From NCBI GenBank assembly GCA_963778555.1, contig CAVZUR010000004.1:26190-90189 (forward strand): DNA of 64,000 bases, written 5' to 3'. Below, piece by piece: positions 29,130 to 39,009 of the stretch; within the stretch, counting starts at the first letter, position 1; every line of letters begins with the position of its first letter. The notes under the pieces were generated by a model. The model did not search any database. It was not told the origin of the DNA and saw nothing but the letters and a program-made list of their open reading frames with translations. Origin of the DNA: Candidatus Moraniibacteriota bacterium (lineage in GTDB: Bacteria > Patescibacteriota > Minisyncoccia > Moranbacterales > UBA1568). The translations under genes were made by a program, and so were the position numbers.

Positions 29130-29531
29130 GTGTTGCTATCACCGATATTTTTCAAGGTGGCGTTCTTGACCGTATTGCTTGGTCTGAATAGCTGTATTAC
29201 CATCAGTCCATCTTCCGTCCAAAACGGTCCCACAATCACGGTCGGAGAAGAGATTCACCACTTTTCGCTTCTGTGCCCCACACGCGAGCAGGCTGAACAA
29301 CTTATTCTCACTCGGATCGAAAAGGGTCCAGAGAAAGCCTTTGAGCTTTTCCGAAACAACCATTGCTTCCCGATGACGCTCAATCTTGTTCCGGTCAGCG
29401 TTCTTCTGTCACGCAGTGTTGACGGTTTCGCCATCCGAGTCGTCGAGGTTACCACCAAGACGCGCACCGGATCTACAGTGAATCTCTATATGGTCACCTG
29501 GAACCGGGTGGTCTCGGGTGTCGAAACCTGA
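29130..29531 (+). CDS. Lipoprotein of unknown function
   Basis: GTG start with SD aagggggt; signal peptide with lipobox LLGLNSC. Confidence 0.45.
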   Translation: MLLSPIFFKVAFLTVLLGLNSCITISPSSVQNGPTITVGEEIHHFSLLCPTREQAEQLILTRIEKGPEKAFELFRNNHCFPMTLNLVPVSVLLSRSVDGFAIRVVEVTTKTRTGSTVNLYMVTWNRVVSGVET

Positions 29532-29556
29532 TGGCACATGCATCGGCCGTGGTCCG

Positions 29557-29605
29557 GACGCAACCTGTTGATCATTGAATCAATATTGCGTCTCTTTTGA
29601 AGCCT
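29557..29605 (+). terminator. Putative rho-independent terminator
   Basis: gacgcaa...ttgcgtc hairpin followed by TCTTTTG. Confidence 0.3.
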
Positions 29606-29700
29606 GAGAATTTCCTTTCTTTGTTTTCAGAAGAGTTCAAAAAAATCAAGGAAGACAACAGCGTCATCTTCCTCAAAGAGTCTCGGCTAAAGCCTCCGTG

Positions 29701-29913
29701 TCATTCCTTCTTGACAGCTTCCCCAGCTTTCTTCTTGTCGGCATCCTTGCCCTGGAGAGCGCCGCCGACATCCTTGTAGAACCCGCCGACGCCTTTGGCG
29801 ATCGAGTTGTCGCTGCTCTGCAGCCAATTGCCGGCGCCTTCCATCACGCTACCCGCTGCCGCGCAGCCCCCCAGGGCGATGGCGCTGGCCAGAATGAGAA
29901 GTGTGTGTTTCAC
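29701..29913 (-). CDS. Small lipoprotein (entericidin-like size and composition)
   Basis: GTG start with SD gaagggag; MKHTLLILASAIALGGC lipobox; 70 aa, Gly/Lys-rich. Confidence 0.4.
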   Translation of the reverse strand: MKHTLLILASAIALGGCAAAGSVMEGAGNWLQSSDNSIAKGVGGFYKDVGGALQGKDADKKKAGEAVKKE

Positions 29914-30016
29914 GATGAAACTCCCTTCAGAACCCGGACCAATGCCGGTATTTCAGTTATAGACCGGAATGAGACAGGCCGTCAAACAAGACATCCCTTT
30001 CTAAAGACGAAAAATG

Positions 30017-30087
30017 CTGGGGCGCTAGGATTCGAACCTAGGGTCATGGGACCAGAACCCATTGCCTTACCGCTTGGCCACGCCCCA
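30017..30087 (-). tRNA. tRNA-Gln (anticodon CUG)
   Basis: Hand-folded cloverleaf: acceptor TGGGGCG/CGCCCCA, anticodon stem ATGGG/CCCAT with loop TTCTGGT, T-arm CTAGG-TTCGAAT-CCTAG, discriminator G. Very similar to E. coli tRNA-Gln. Confidence 0.8.
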
Positions 30088-30185
30088 AAATACTCCCCTA
30101 TCCTAGCCGAAAAGCGCATTTCAATCAAGAGAAAAAGCCGCCCCACCGGAATACGATGGTGACGGCTTGATACGAATCGAATCAA

Positions 30186-30836
30186 TCACTTCTGTGGCGG
30201 CGGCAGGAGGTGACGACCGCGCTCGAGCGCCCAGACAGCTTCTTCGAGCTCGTGAATGAGTAGCGTGAATTTTTCAGCCAACGGCAAGTAAATCGTCTTC
30301 GTTTCACGGATTTTCCGTTCGCGTTCTGCTTTGGTCCAGTGCCACAGTGTGCAGAGATTGTGCAACCGGTCGGGAAGTTTCCACTCAGCCGTCTCACGCG
30401 GGGCATCCTGCAAGAGGCTCATATGGTACCGCCAGAGACGTTCATCGGCGTCCCGGATGTGATCAAAGCGACGCTTATTCCCCCACTGTACGCGACTGGC
30501 GACTTCATTACCGAGAGAAGTCTGAATCCGGGTAATCGGGTAGCGCTTCGGCTGGTCTTCAGGGACATCATGCACCAAGCCGCCGGCAATCGCCTCAGAC
30601 TTATGAATTCGGAGGTGATTGAGCATGATAAGCGCCACAGCCCGAGGGTGTTCGAAATAGCGTTCGCCGCTATCGCGAAACTGTTCACGATGAGCGTCCT
30701 TCGCGATGTTGTAGGCTGTTTCGATAAGCGTGTATCCCGAGCTTCCGGGAACACAGATTTCACCGACCGCAAGGAAGAAGGCGCTGCGGTCACGTTGATT
30801 CGCTTTTAGGGTATGGATAAGCTTCTGGAGCGACAT
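30186..30836 (-). CDS. HD-domain hydrolase of the RelA/SpoT (p)ppGpp-hydrolase family, second paralogue
   Basis: AHREQFRDSGERYFEHP...AGGLVHDVPED. Confidence 0.65.
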   Translation of the reverse strand: MSLQKLIHTLKANQRDRSAFFLAVGEICVPGSSGYTLIETAYNIAKDAHREQFRDSGERYFEHPRAVALIMLNHLRIHKSEAIAGGLVHDVPEDQPKRYPITRIQTSLGNEVASRVQWGNKRRFDHIRDADERLWRYHMSLLQDAPRETAEWKLPDRLHNLCTLWHWTKAERERKIRETKTIYLPLAEKFTLLIHELEEAVWALERGRHLLPPPQK

Positions 30837-30967
30837 GCGACACCTGCCTTTCGGAATAGGATGTTAGAGAATGGAATTGATAAAGAGCAAGACGGCACAG
30901 GATAGCAAAAACCGCCTGAATGAGCAAGACGGTGATTGCATTGCGGCCAGGAAACTGTCAGAGTGTG

Positions 30968-31882
30968 CTACGTCTTTAGGTAACGATGGATGGCAATGAA
31001 ACCGGAGATGACGCCTAGGAAAACGCCGAGCAGAAGCGTCGTGACCGCGAGCGTCGGGAGGTAGGCGAAAAAGACTTGGAGAAGATTGCCTTGAGGGAAG
31101 GCGCCTTCGGTATAGCCAGCGAGACCATAGGCGGCCAGCGCGACAAGGCCGATGGCGGCTAGTCCCGCGCAAATCCCGTAGAGAATGCCCTCAAAGACGT
31201 ACGGCATGCGAACATAGAGGTTCGAGGCGCCGACGAGGCGCATAATCTCGAATTCCTGACGGTGCGAATAGATCGTGATGCGGATTGTGTTGAAGGTGAT
31301 GAGCACCGCGATGATCGCGAACGCGACCCCGAGCGAGAGGCCGAATTTCCGAGCGGCGTGACTAATCTGATTCAAACGCTCGAAGATGCGTCGGTTCTTT
31401 TCAAAATTTATACGACTGATATCTCCCTGATAGGGGGAATTTTCGAGCACGGTCGCAATTTTTTCATAATCTGCCTGATTTTTGGCGCGGATGACAAGCG
31501 AAGCGAGCAGTGGATTTTCACCGATTGCATCGATGGCCTGGCGGATGATAGGGTCATTGCCGTTATTGCCGAGAAAGTCCTCCAATGCTTTCTCCCGAGA
31601 GACGTACTCGACGGATGAAATCTCCCGGTATTTCTCGATATTTTGCCTGATCTCAAGCATCCGGCTCTCAGCCACATCCGGGTTGAAGGAGACGGTGACG
31701 CTGACCCGATTTTCCAGGTTGCTCACAATGAGGCGCGTACCGATGGTGATGAGGCCGGCCAAGCTGATAATGAAGAGCGAGAGCGAGAGTACAGTAATGG
31801 TCGCGAATGACAGCCAGCCATTGCGGCGGAAATTCGTCATCCCCTCCTTGAAGGTGCGCCAGAGTTTAAGCGTTCGTTGCAT
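30968..31882 (-). CDS. ftsX: Cell division permease FtsX
   Basis: Four TM helices, a periplasmic domain and typical FtsX length; directly downstream of ftsE. Confidence 0.8.
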   Translation of the reverse strand: MQRTLKLWRTFKEGMTNFRRNGWLSFATITVLSLSLFIISLAGLITIGTRLIVSNLENRVSVTVSFNPDVAESRMLEIRQNIEKYREISSVEYVSREKALEDFLGNNGNDPIIRQAIDAIGENPLLASLVIRAKNQADYEKIATVLENSPYQGDISRINFEKNRRIFERLNQISHAARKFGLSLGVAFAIIAVLITFNTIRITIYSHRQEFEIMRLVGASNLYVRMPYVFEGILYGICAGLAAIGLVALAAYGLAGYTEGAFPQGNLLQVFFAYLPTLAVTTLLLGVFLGVISGFIAIHRYLKT

Positions 31883-31885
31883 AGG

Positions 31886-32596
31886 CTAGGATTTGATATT
31901 GTATTTGCCATTCGCTTCATCATGCACGAGCCGGCCATCGACAAGTGAGATGACGCGCTTCCCGAGCTTGTCAACCACCTCTTTCTTGTGTGTTGCGATA
32001 ATGATCGTCGTTCCGTAGGAATTGATCTCGAGCAACAGATCAGTTATTTCATCCGTCGAGACAGGATCGAGATTACCGGTCGGTTCATCGGCGCAGATAA
32101 TCTGCGGGTGATGGATCAGGGCGCGAGCAATCGCGACGCGCTGCTGCTCGCCGCCGGACAGTTCGCGGGGAAACTTGTCTCCTTTCCCTCGCAAGCCGAC
32201 GATTTCTAAGAGTTCGCTCACTTCCTCCCGAATTTCCTTCGCCGATCGGCCATCGACCTCAAGTGCGTAGGCGATATTCTCGAAAGCGGTTTTTTGAGGC
32301 AGGAGTTTGTAGTCCTGGAAGACCGTGCCGATATTGCGTCGAAAGAATGGGAGTAACCGGCGATTGATGTCCTTAATCGGCCGCTCCTTGAAATAAACGA
32401 TTCCATCGGTCGGCACCTCTTCAGCATAGATCAGCTTCAGGAGAGTGGATTTCCCAGCACCGCTCATACCGACCAGCGAAATGAACTCCCCGGGCTGAAC
32501 AGTAAACGACACTCCCCGGAGCGCGCCGATGCCACCGGGATATTCCTTTGTTACATTCTCAAAAACAACAATCGGCTGGGATTCGTTTTTCAGCAT
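31886..32596 (-). CDS. ftsE: Cell division ATP-binding protein FtsE
   Basis: Walker A GMSGAGKST, ABC signature LSGGEQQRVAIARAL, 236 aa. Confidence 0.85.
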   Translation of the reverse strand: MLKNESQPIVVFENVTKEYPGGIGALRGVSFTVQPGEFISLVGMSGAGKSTLLKLIYAEEVPTDGIVYFKERPIKDINRRLLPFFRRNIGTVFQDYKLLPQKTAFENIAYALEVDGRSAKEIREEVSELLEIVGLRGKGDKFPRELSGGEQQRVAIARALIHHPQIICADEPTGNLDPVSTDEITDLLLEINSYGTTIIIATHKKEVVDKLGKRVISLVDGRLVHDEANGKYNIKS

Positions 32597-32601
32597 GGAG
32601 T

Positions 32602-33703
32602 TTACTTTTTCTGTCTTTGCTCATATTGTAGCTCACTTTCGATAAAGCTGTCCAAGTTACCGTCGAGCACCGCTTGGGCATTACTTGTCTCCGTCTCAGT
32701 CCGATGATCCTTGACGAGCGTATAGGGATGGAGGACATAGGAACGGATCTGATTGCCAAAACCAGCGGACTTGAATTCGCCCCGAATCGACGCCTTCCGC
32801 TCAGCTTCATCCGCGAGCCGTTGCTGGAGGAGTTTTGACTTCAAGAGTTTCATCGCTTGTTCACGATTTTGAAGCTGTGAACGCTCGCTCTGGCAACTGA
32901 CAATGATGCCGCTCGCAACGTGCGTGAGCCGCACAGCAGATTCAGTCTTGTTCACATGCTGACCACCGGCACCCGAAGCCCGGAATGTATCGACTTGGAG
33001 ATCTTCAGGCTTGATGACGATGGACCGGTCCGTATCCGGCAAAACCGGCATCACCTCAACTGAAGCGAAGGATGTTTGACGGAGATTATTCGCGTTGAAT
33101 GGCGATAGCCGGACCAATCGGTGTACACCCATCTCGCCCTTGAGATAGCCATAGGCGTATCGACCCTGGACTTCAAAGGTCACACTTTTGATACCTGCTT
33201 CATTTCCCCGATTCTCATCAAGAATGGCCGTGCGAAAACTGCGTCGCTCGGCATAGCGCAAATACATCCGTAGCAGCATCTGGGCCCAATCCTGTGCCTC
33301 GGTCCCGCCGGCGCCGCTCCGGATTGTCAGGATGGCATGCGTGCTGTCATATTCACCGCCGAGGAGTAATTGGAACTCCCAACCTCGGACCGTCTGCTCA
33401 ATCGCCGCAATATCTTGCTCCAGTGCTGAACGATCGGCTTCCTCAAGACTTTCAATCGATGAAAGCTCTTCGGCATCCGCCATCGAACGTTCCAGCGCGT
33501 CAAAGTCAGCGATCTCTTGTTTCAGCGTATCGAGCGTCTGCATCGTGGTCGCCGCGGCTTCTGGAGCATCCCAAAAACCTGGGCGTTCTGACTCAGTCTG
33601 AAGTGAAGCAATGGTAGTCCGTTTCCCGTCCCAATCAAAGATAGTCCCGCAAGCGGGAATACTGGGTACGGAGAGCAACGAGACGTCGTTTCAGTTCTTC
33701 CAT
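32602..33703 (-). CDS. prfB: Peptide chain release factor 2 with programmed +1 ribosomal frameshift
   Basis: ORF0 MEELKRRLVALRTQYSRLRDYL ends at CTT TGA (stop = complement of 33635-33637). The +1 frame continues DWDGKRTTIASL... through the GGQ motif to 32602. This is the conserved RF2 autoregulatory frameshift site, not a pseudogene. Confidence 0.9.
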
Positions 33704-33817
33704 AGGGTGGTGGGTGCTTCTATCCTAACACGAGGCGAGAATCGCGCGCGCTTGATTCTTCGTCCCAATTTGCTACGATAGAGGGCGTTACTCTTGGGGT
33801 ATGAAACACGGCGGAAT

Positions 33818-33890
33818 GCCACCTTAGCTCAGTTGGTAGAGCGGCGCACTCGTAACGCGCAGGTCTCCAGTTCAATCCTGGAAGGTGGCT
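33818..33890 (+). tRNA. tRNA-Thr (anticodon CGU)
   Basis: GCCACCTTAGCTCAGTTGGTAGAGCGGCGCACTCGTAACGCGCAGGTCTCCAGTTCAATCCTGGAAGGTGGCT; anticodon loop CTCGTAA; close to E. coli tRNA-Thr(CGU). Confidence 0.85.
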
Positions 33891-33959
33891 CATCAGTGAC
33901 ACAGGGAGGGAATCAGCGCACGGTCTCCCGTGATTCTCCGTGTGAGGCACGCGGCTCAA

Positions 33960-34994
33960 TCACGGAGCCAACGCGGCATCCACGAGCGCTTTCAGGTCGG
34001 CGTACGGTGCGGCGCCGGAAATGAATTCGCGATTTACGAATGTCGCTGGAACAGATTCGATGCCAAAATCTTCGGCTCGTTTCTTATCGGCCGTAACTTT
34101 TTCAACAAAAACTCCAGTCTCAAGGCAGCGTACAAAGGCAGGTGCATCCAAACCCTTCACGCGCCAGGCATAGTCCCTGAAACGCCGTTCGCCGCCCTCC
34201 TTCCCCCATTCGTTCCGACGTTCGAAAAGCACGTCAGCGTATGGTAGGAATTGGTTCTGAGCAGCGGCGCACTGACTCGCTTCGGCAGCCGTGACGGCCT
34301 GAGCATGGCTCGCCAGCGGGAAATGCTTCCAGACGATGCGTATTTGTCCCTCGTATTCCGTGAGGAGGCGTTTGTAATTCGTGTGGTATTCCTGACAATA
34401 TTGGCATTGGAAATCGGAAAAAATAAGCAGCGTCACGGGCGCTGTCGGTGCGCCGAGGATGATATCGTTCGCACCCGTTTCCGGGGCGTTCAGATAGCGT
34501 CCGATCGGCATGCCGATCTTGTGCATATCGAAAACAAAGTCCCCATTTTCTTCGCGAAAAAGCGGTTCCGCCTGAGTATAGAACTCGGTCTGTTTGACCG
34601 TTGGGCCAAAGATAAACGCTGGAACTGTCATCAATCGGAAGGCCGTTACCAGGCGCTGCCCCTCCAGACTGGCAACATCTATGCGTTCGGCCTCGATCGT
34701 CGGCACAATGCGCCGGAGCCACAATAAAGCCTCGCTCGGATCGCACTGAGCGCACGTCGCATCATTGATGATCTGGAGCTCGACTTTCGGCTCGCTATAA
34801 CCGACCCAAGTCTTCCCGCCTGTCACCAGTACATCGTGCGACTGGATAGCGGGACCCGAGAATCCACTCCCCGTTACCAGTTCGCCGATATCGACAAAGA
34901 GACTGCCGATAAACAAGCCACTCAGTACCACAATCACGGACCAGAGGTTGCGCCGGTCGTTCTTCCATAGGCTCCACCATTCATTCCACATCAT
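33960..34994 (-). CDS. DsbA-like thiol:disulfide oxidoreductase with N-terminal TM
   Basis: CxxC motif in FSDFQCQYCQ within a thioredoxin fold (tandem thioredoxin-like architecture). Confidence 0.65.
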   Translation of the reverse strand: MMWNEWWSLWKNDRRNLWSVIVVLSGLFIGSLFVDIGELVTGSGFSGPAIQSHDVLVTGGKTWVGYSEPKVELQIINDATCAQCDPSEALLWLRRIVPTIEAERIDVASLEGQRLVTAFRLMTVPAFIFGPTVKQTEFYTQAEPLFREENGDFVFDMHKIGMPIGRYLNAPETGANDIILGAPTAPVTLLIFSDFQCQYCQEYHTNYKRLLTEYEGQIRIVWKHFPLASHAQAVTAAEASQCAAAQNQFLPYADVLFERRNEWGKEGGERRFRDYAWRVKGLDAPAFVRCLETGVFVEKVTADKKRAEDFGIESVPATFVNREFISGAAPYADLKALVDAALAP

Positions 34995-35011
34995 CGAGTT
35001 GTGTTTAGTAA

Positions 35012-35404
35012 TTACTCAGCCGCGTCGAGGCGATCGTCAGCGGACTGATCGCAGGCCGGATACGCGATCTTTTCGCTGACCGGCAGAGCGGCCCCATCCT
35101 GGAGAGCTTCCTGACGCAGAGCATTCAGATCATACAACTGTGCGGCCGGCTTGAGTCGATAGTCCTCGTAACCAATCGTGACGGCGGAATGAGCGGCTGA
35201 TTTCAGGATGAGGCCGAGACAGAGTCCGAGTACGAACAGAGCCGCCCACAACAATAGAGTCACTCGACGAGGGTACCGCCGATACCAACGCCGTAGTTCC
35301 GCATACATATCACCATAGTCCTGTGATAATTCGCTCGCTACCGGACGCCAAGAAATGATCTTTTCCTTGAGGCGAACTAAGAGCTTCGACAGTGTGCTTT
35401 CCAT
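35012..35404 (-). CDS. Single-pass membrane protein (hypothetical)
   Basis: Directly upstream of the DsbA gene; single TM; start taken at MESTLSKL. Confidence 0.3.
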   Translation of the reverse strand: MESTLSKLLVRLKEKIISWRPVASELSQDYGDMYAELRRWYRRYPRRVTLLLWAALFVLGLCLGLILKSAAHSAVTIGYEDYRLKPAAQLYDLNALRQEALQDGAALPVSEKIAYPACDQSADDRLDAAE

Positions 35405-35474
35405 AGCAGAACAGACTAGCATGTGTGCCGCTTCCATGACAAGCGCTCGTCGGACGCGGCGCTCCCCGAGCGCA

Positions 35475-36197
35475 TCAGCGTCCAGGGGCTCGGAATGTCT
35501 GGAAGATGCCCGACGTGTCGCTCTGCCAATCGCTCACCCAGCCTTCGCAATTCGTAGATCGAAGGCAGGTTGCGTCCCAGCCCGAGTAGTCGCTCTTTGC
35601 ATCACGCCAATAATCCATGCCAAATTGGAGCCGGGCTGGGCCGCTGATCTTGGCTTCGACTTCGACGCTATAGTGCATCGTCGGATCGAGCCTGAGCCGC
35701 GGTTCCGTCCAACCATGATAGACGCGCAGCGGCACACGACCGATACTGAGACTCAGTCCCGTCTTCTGAGGCTGAGGCGATGTTCACCCAGCTATCTCCT
35801 TCAGTTTCTCCGAACCACTGCGGGATGCGTGGGAATAGCCGGCCCACAAAGCGCGTTTGATCACGCGGGTCGACTTCCTCAATAACTGTTTCCATGCCGC
35901 GCTCATTTTTGGCAATGATGCGGATTTTTCTGAGTTCGACCGTCGGTGGAGGTAACTGCGTATCTGCGCAGGGAATCGCTGTCGCAATATTCACCCAGCC
36001 GACGAGCGTGGTATATCCTGGCGGAATCTGATCCCAGTGGATCGTTTCTCTCTCCCAGATCGCTCCTGCCGGTGCGCGCTCTGACCAATCGGACTGATCT
36101 GGACAATCAACGCTTACCGGCACCGAAAAATACCCCCAAATAAGGGAGCCTGCGACCGCAGCAAGGACGATGAGTCCGATCCGGAGAGAACGAGGCA
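35475..36197 (-). CDS. Secreted Trp-rich hypothetical protein, probably frameshifted near 35700
   Basis: Signal peptide MPRSLRIGLIVLAAVAGSLIW. ORFs 35668..36258 and 35475..35735 overlap in different frames with similar Trp/Asp-rich composition. Confidence 0.35.
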
Positions 36198-36326
36198 TAG
36201 AGTCTGCCCAAAAAATATTGAATAGCAACGCTGTCCTGACGGTTGACAAATGTAGCATATATGTGTAGAATAATCAAATGCTCTTTTCCAATTCTTGCTC
36301 CCCATCCACAACCACACTGAAAGGAA

Positions 36327-36872
36327 GTGCGCTTCATGTCCCAAACATTCCCTCATTGGATCGACAGCTACTCGGTACCATTGGATGATGAATCGACGGC
36401 CCGTTTCGTTCAAATGCGCTTGGACGCTGATCAGTCGCCGAGAAACCTGGACACACTCCGCGAGATACTCGCGGCCGAGAACGGACATTCACCCTGGGCA
36501 TATGGCTATTCAATCGACCAGGCACGCGGCCGTTTTGTTGCGCTGGCCATGACCGAAGACACGAGCGAGGTCATTGGCCTCGCCCATTGTTTCCAGCTCG
36601 AACAACGCGGTTTGTATTTCGGTCTCGTGACCGCGGTGGTCGTACTGCCAGAGTATCGTCGACGCGGTATCGGAAAGGCACTTCTCTCAGAAACGGGGTT
36701 CGTGTTACAGAACACACGTCGTGTCCGAGCCGCCCGGCCCGCTCAATCTCGGGCCATCGCCACTATCGTTCCGGCTCGCAATCAACGGGCGTTAAATTTT
36801 TTCCAGCACAGCGGGTATACCGCTATGTGCAAGGGCGATCTCTATCACCTCAACCGCCCGCTTTCCCAATGA
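36327..36872 (+). CDS. GNAT family N-acetyltransferase
   Basis: Acetyl-CoA binding motif VVVLPEYRRRGIGKALL. Confidence 0.7.
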   Translation: MRFMSQTFPHWIDSYSVPLDDESTARFVQMRLDADQSPRNLDTLREILAAENGHSPWAYGYSIDQARGRFVALAMTEDTSEVIGLAHCFQLEQRGLYFGLVTAVVVLPEYRRRGIGKALLSETGFVLQNTRRVRAARPAQSRAIATIVPARNQRALNFFQHSGYTAMCKGDLYHLNRPLSQ

Positions 36873-37048
36873 GTGCAACCGATCAGGAGCCACCAGCTAT
36901 GACCCAAACCCACAAGCGTCCGCCCGGTTTTCGTCGCTACAAGAGCGAAAAGAAGAAGTCTGGAGATACCAAGCGTCGCCAGCGAGAGCGGCGCGGTATC
37001 GAATTCGCCAAGAAGCAAAAGCAAATCGAGAATCGAACCAAACATTAA
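36869..37048 (+). CDS. Small highly basic protein (59 aa), translationally coupled to the GNAT gene
   Basis: Its ATG overlaps the GNAT TGA (ATGA). Sequence KRPPGFRRYKSEKKKSGDTKRRQRERRGIEFAKKQKQIENRTKH; possibly a nucleic-acid-binding protein. Confidence 0.35.
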   Translation: MSATDQEPPAMTQTHKRPPGFRRYKSEKKKSGDTKRRQRERRGIEFAKKQKQIENRTKH

Positions 37049-37049
37049 G

Positions 37050-37092
37050 TCGGCATGTCCGACTGAACGAAGGCGGCCTCAGTCTTACGACC
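37050..37092. terminator. Terminator region between convergent genes
   Basis: GTCGG-catgt-CCGAC hairpin and a GC-rich hairpin followed by a T7 run. Confidence 0.4.
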
Positions 37093-37102
37093 GGCCGTTT
37101 TT

Positions 37103-37585
37103 TTATAGTGGCAGTTCGGCAGAATTGAAAAGCACAGCGAAATCCTCGCACCACGTCAGTACATAACGATATTTCGAGAGATCAGTTCCGGCCGGAATCG
37201 GATAGTTTATATTGCCTTCAGTGCCCCGGAGGGGTCCCAAATCCACAAAATCAGTTGCCTGTATATCCGTGGCGAGGTAAACACGGACATCTGGCCCATT
37301 GATCGTCTTATAGTCTTCGTAACGCACATACCGTGTCGTTCCTTCCGCTACGACTCGGACGAACCCTGAAGCCGGATGAGCTACGGTTGGAATGACCGGC
37401 GACCGAGCCATCGTATCCTCCCGCCTCTCATTCTCGGCGACAGAAATTGTTGTTCCCGTATCCAACGGACCCGCCCCTACAGGAAGCGCATCATTAACGA
37501 ACCGATTCATGAAGAGCGGCGAGAGCGCATACCAGGCAATGCCTATGATGAGCGCTGAACCAACGATGATGACAAACTTCTTCAT
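37103..37585 (-). CDS. DM13-domain protein with N-terminal TM (secreted)
   Basis: C-terminal region GPDVRVYLATD...YRYVLTWCEDFAVLFNSAEL resembles the DM13 domain; call from memory, moderate confidence. Confidence 0.5.
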   Translation of the reverse strand: MKKFVIIVGSALIIGIAWYALSPLFMNRFVNDALPVGAGPLDTGTTISVAENERREDTMARSPVIPTVAHPASGFVRVVAEGTTRYVRYEDYKTINGPDVRVYLATDIQATDFVDLGPLRGTEGNINYPIPAGTDLSKYRYVLTWCEDFAVLFNSAELPL

Positions 37586-37691
37586 ACGTGTATGCTGTCA
37601 GTATATCACCGACGCCGGCCATTGGAGCTTGCTCACCAATGAGTAATCTGCTACGGTTTCGCCACTTGTCACTTCCCAACCAGGAGTTCCA

Positions 37692-38213
37692 ATGAAAAAG
37701 TCACTCCGTATTTTCAGCCCCGGATTCCCCGAAGCCGACCCGTTGTCGGACGTTGAGCTGAGTCGCCTCACTGAGATTACGCGTCAGACGTATCGGGATG
37801 TCAGTCTCCAGCTCGTCTATCCGCAAGTTCGCTATCGGCTCCTCGCCTTCCAGTCCAGCCTCAACTATCCTTGGCCCGGGAAACCCTTTTGTTTCCTCGA
37901 GCTGGACATCACCCGCGAGCCAGGGATGCCGCCGTACGGCATCGTCACTCATTGCTGGATTGCAGCTCCGCATCCGGCGGTCAATCAAATGCGTGCGGTC
38001 TTTGGCCAGCTGATGGATCTCTGTTCGGAGCCAAGCCTGGCGTTGCGCTTCGTGCATATCGCACTCAGTCCGTTCCAGGTGCGAAAAATCGGCGGGCAGC
38101 AAATATTGCAGTTCTTCAAATTTGAACGCATTGCGAACGAGAACCGAGCCACGATCGGCTGTACGATGTTCCGACGTCTCGTGAAGCCGCTTGACACTAT
38201 TCGCCTTCGCTGA
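37692..38213 (+). CDS. Hypothetical protein (173 aa)
   Basis: SD ccaggagttccaATG and C-rich third codon positions like other host genes. The equal-length antisense ORF 37701..38222 is judged spurious. Confidence 0.45.
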   Translation: MKKSLRIFSPGFPEADPLSDVELSRLTEITRQTYRDVSLQLVYPQVRYRLLAFQSSLNYPWPGKPFCFLELDITREPGMPPYGIVTHCWIAAPHPAVNQMRAVFGQLMDLCSEPSLALRFVHIALSPFQVRKIGGQQILQFFKFERIANENRATIGCTMFRRLVKPLDTIRLR

Positions 38214-38281
38214 AGGCAGCACGCAAATCGCTCAAGGCAGACGCTCGCCCACTCAGAAAACAATCTGCAGTGGGGAATTTT

Positions 38282-38919
38282 TTATCCGAAAACCGCGTGC
38301 AAGAGTCCGTCGCGTCCTTCACCGGTCTTGGCCGAGTGACGGATTACCGGCGCGGGAGAAAATTCTTTTTCGAACGATCGAATATTTGCTTCCACATCTA
38401 TCCGTCGTCCCTTATCGCATTTATTGGCGAGAATTACGACGGGCGGCCATATTCGCTCAGCAGTTTGAAGATCTCGCGGTCAGAATCTTTAGCACCGATT
38501 TCGGCATCGAGGATAAGAACTGCTGCCCGGATATCGATAGACATATCGGCCGCAAACCACGAAATATAACCAGCCATCTTTTTCCGGAGCGCCCCCGGTA
38601 CATTGGCATAGCCATAGCCCGGCAAATCCGCGAGATACCACGAATCGTTTATCAGAAAGTAGTTGATCTCCGTCGTCCGGCCAGCACGTTTATTGGCATG
38701 CGCCAAATCCTTCTGTCGCGTCAGGGCATTAATTACGCTTGATTTTCCGACATTCGAGCGGCCAAAAAACGCCACCGTCGGTCGGGACGGTTTGGGCAGT
38801 CCCTCGGAGCCGACGACTCCTTTGACGAACGTGGCGCGCTTGATTTCCATGGCCGCGGACTTTACACGTGAATTGCTCAAAGCGTTCATTATATTGACAG
38901 GAAAAAGCGAGTATGGCAA
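38282..38919 (-). CDS. engB: Ribosome biogenesis GTPase YsxC/EngB, frameshifted near 38430
   Basis: G1 GRSNVGKSSVINAL and G3 DLPGYG lie in the frame ending at 38434. The missing C-terminus VVILANKCDK...KTGEGRDGLL (NKxD motif) is in another frame ending with a stop at 38282-38284. Confidence 0.7.
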
Positions 38920-39009
38920 ACGGAATTATAAGGAACTATTGACAGGACTGTAGTTTCGTAGTATAAATTTGTTAATTCCTTAACAACCACTCCGACAAGG
39001 AGATCCGCC

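Noticed and set aside
29698-30162. 154-aa plus-strand ORF spanning the small lipoprotein gene and tRNA-Gln
   Set aside because: It overlaps a tRNA and is antisense to an SD-preceded lipoprotein gene.
37701-38222. 173-aa ORF on the minus strand exactly mirroring the 173-aa plus-strand ORF 37692..38213
   Set aside because: The plus-strand ORF has a well-placed SD (ccaggag) and host-like codon third positions. The minus-strand ORF has neither and is the kind of long antisense frame common in this GC range.
38191-38742. 183-aa plus-strand ORF overlapping engB
   Set aside because: It is antisense to a clearly recognisable, though frameshifted, EngB GTPase.
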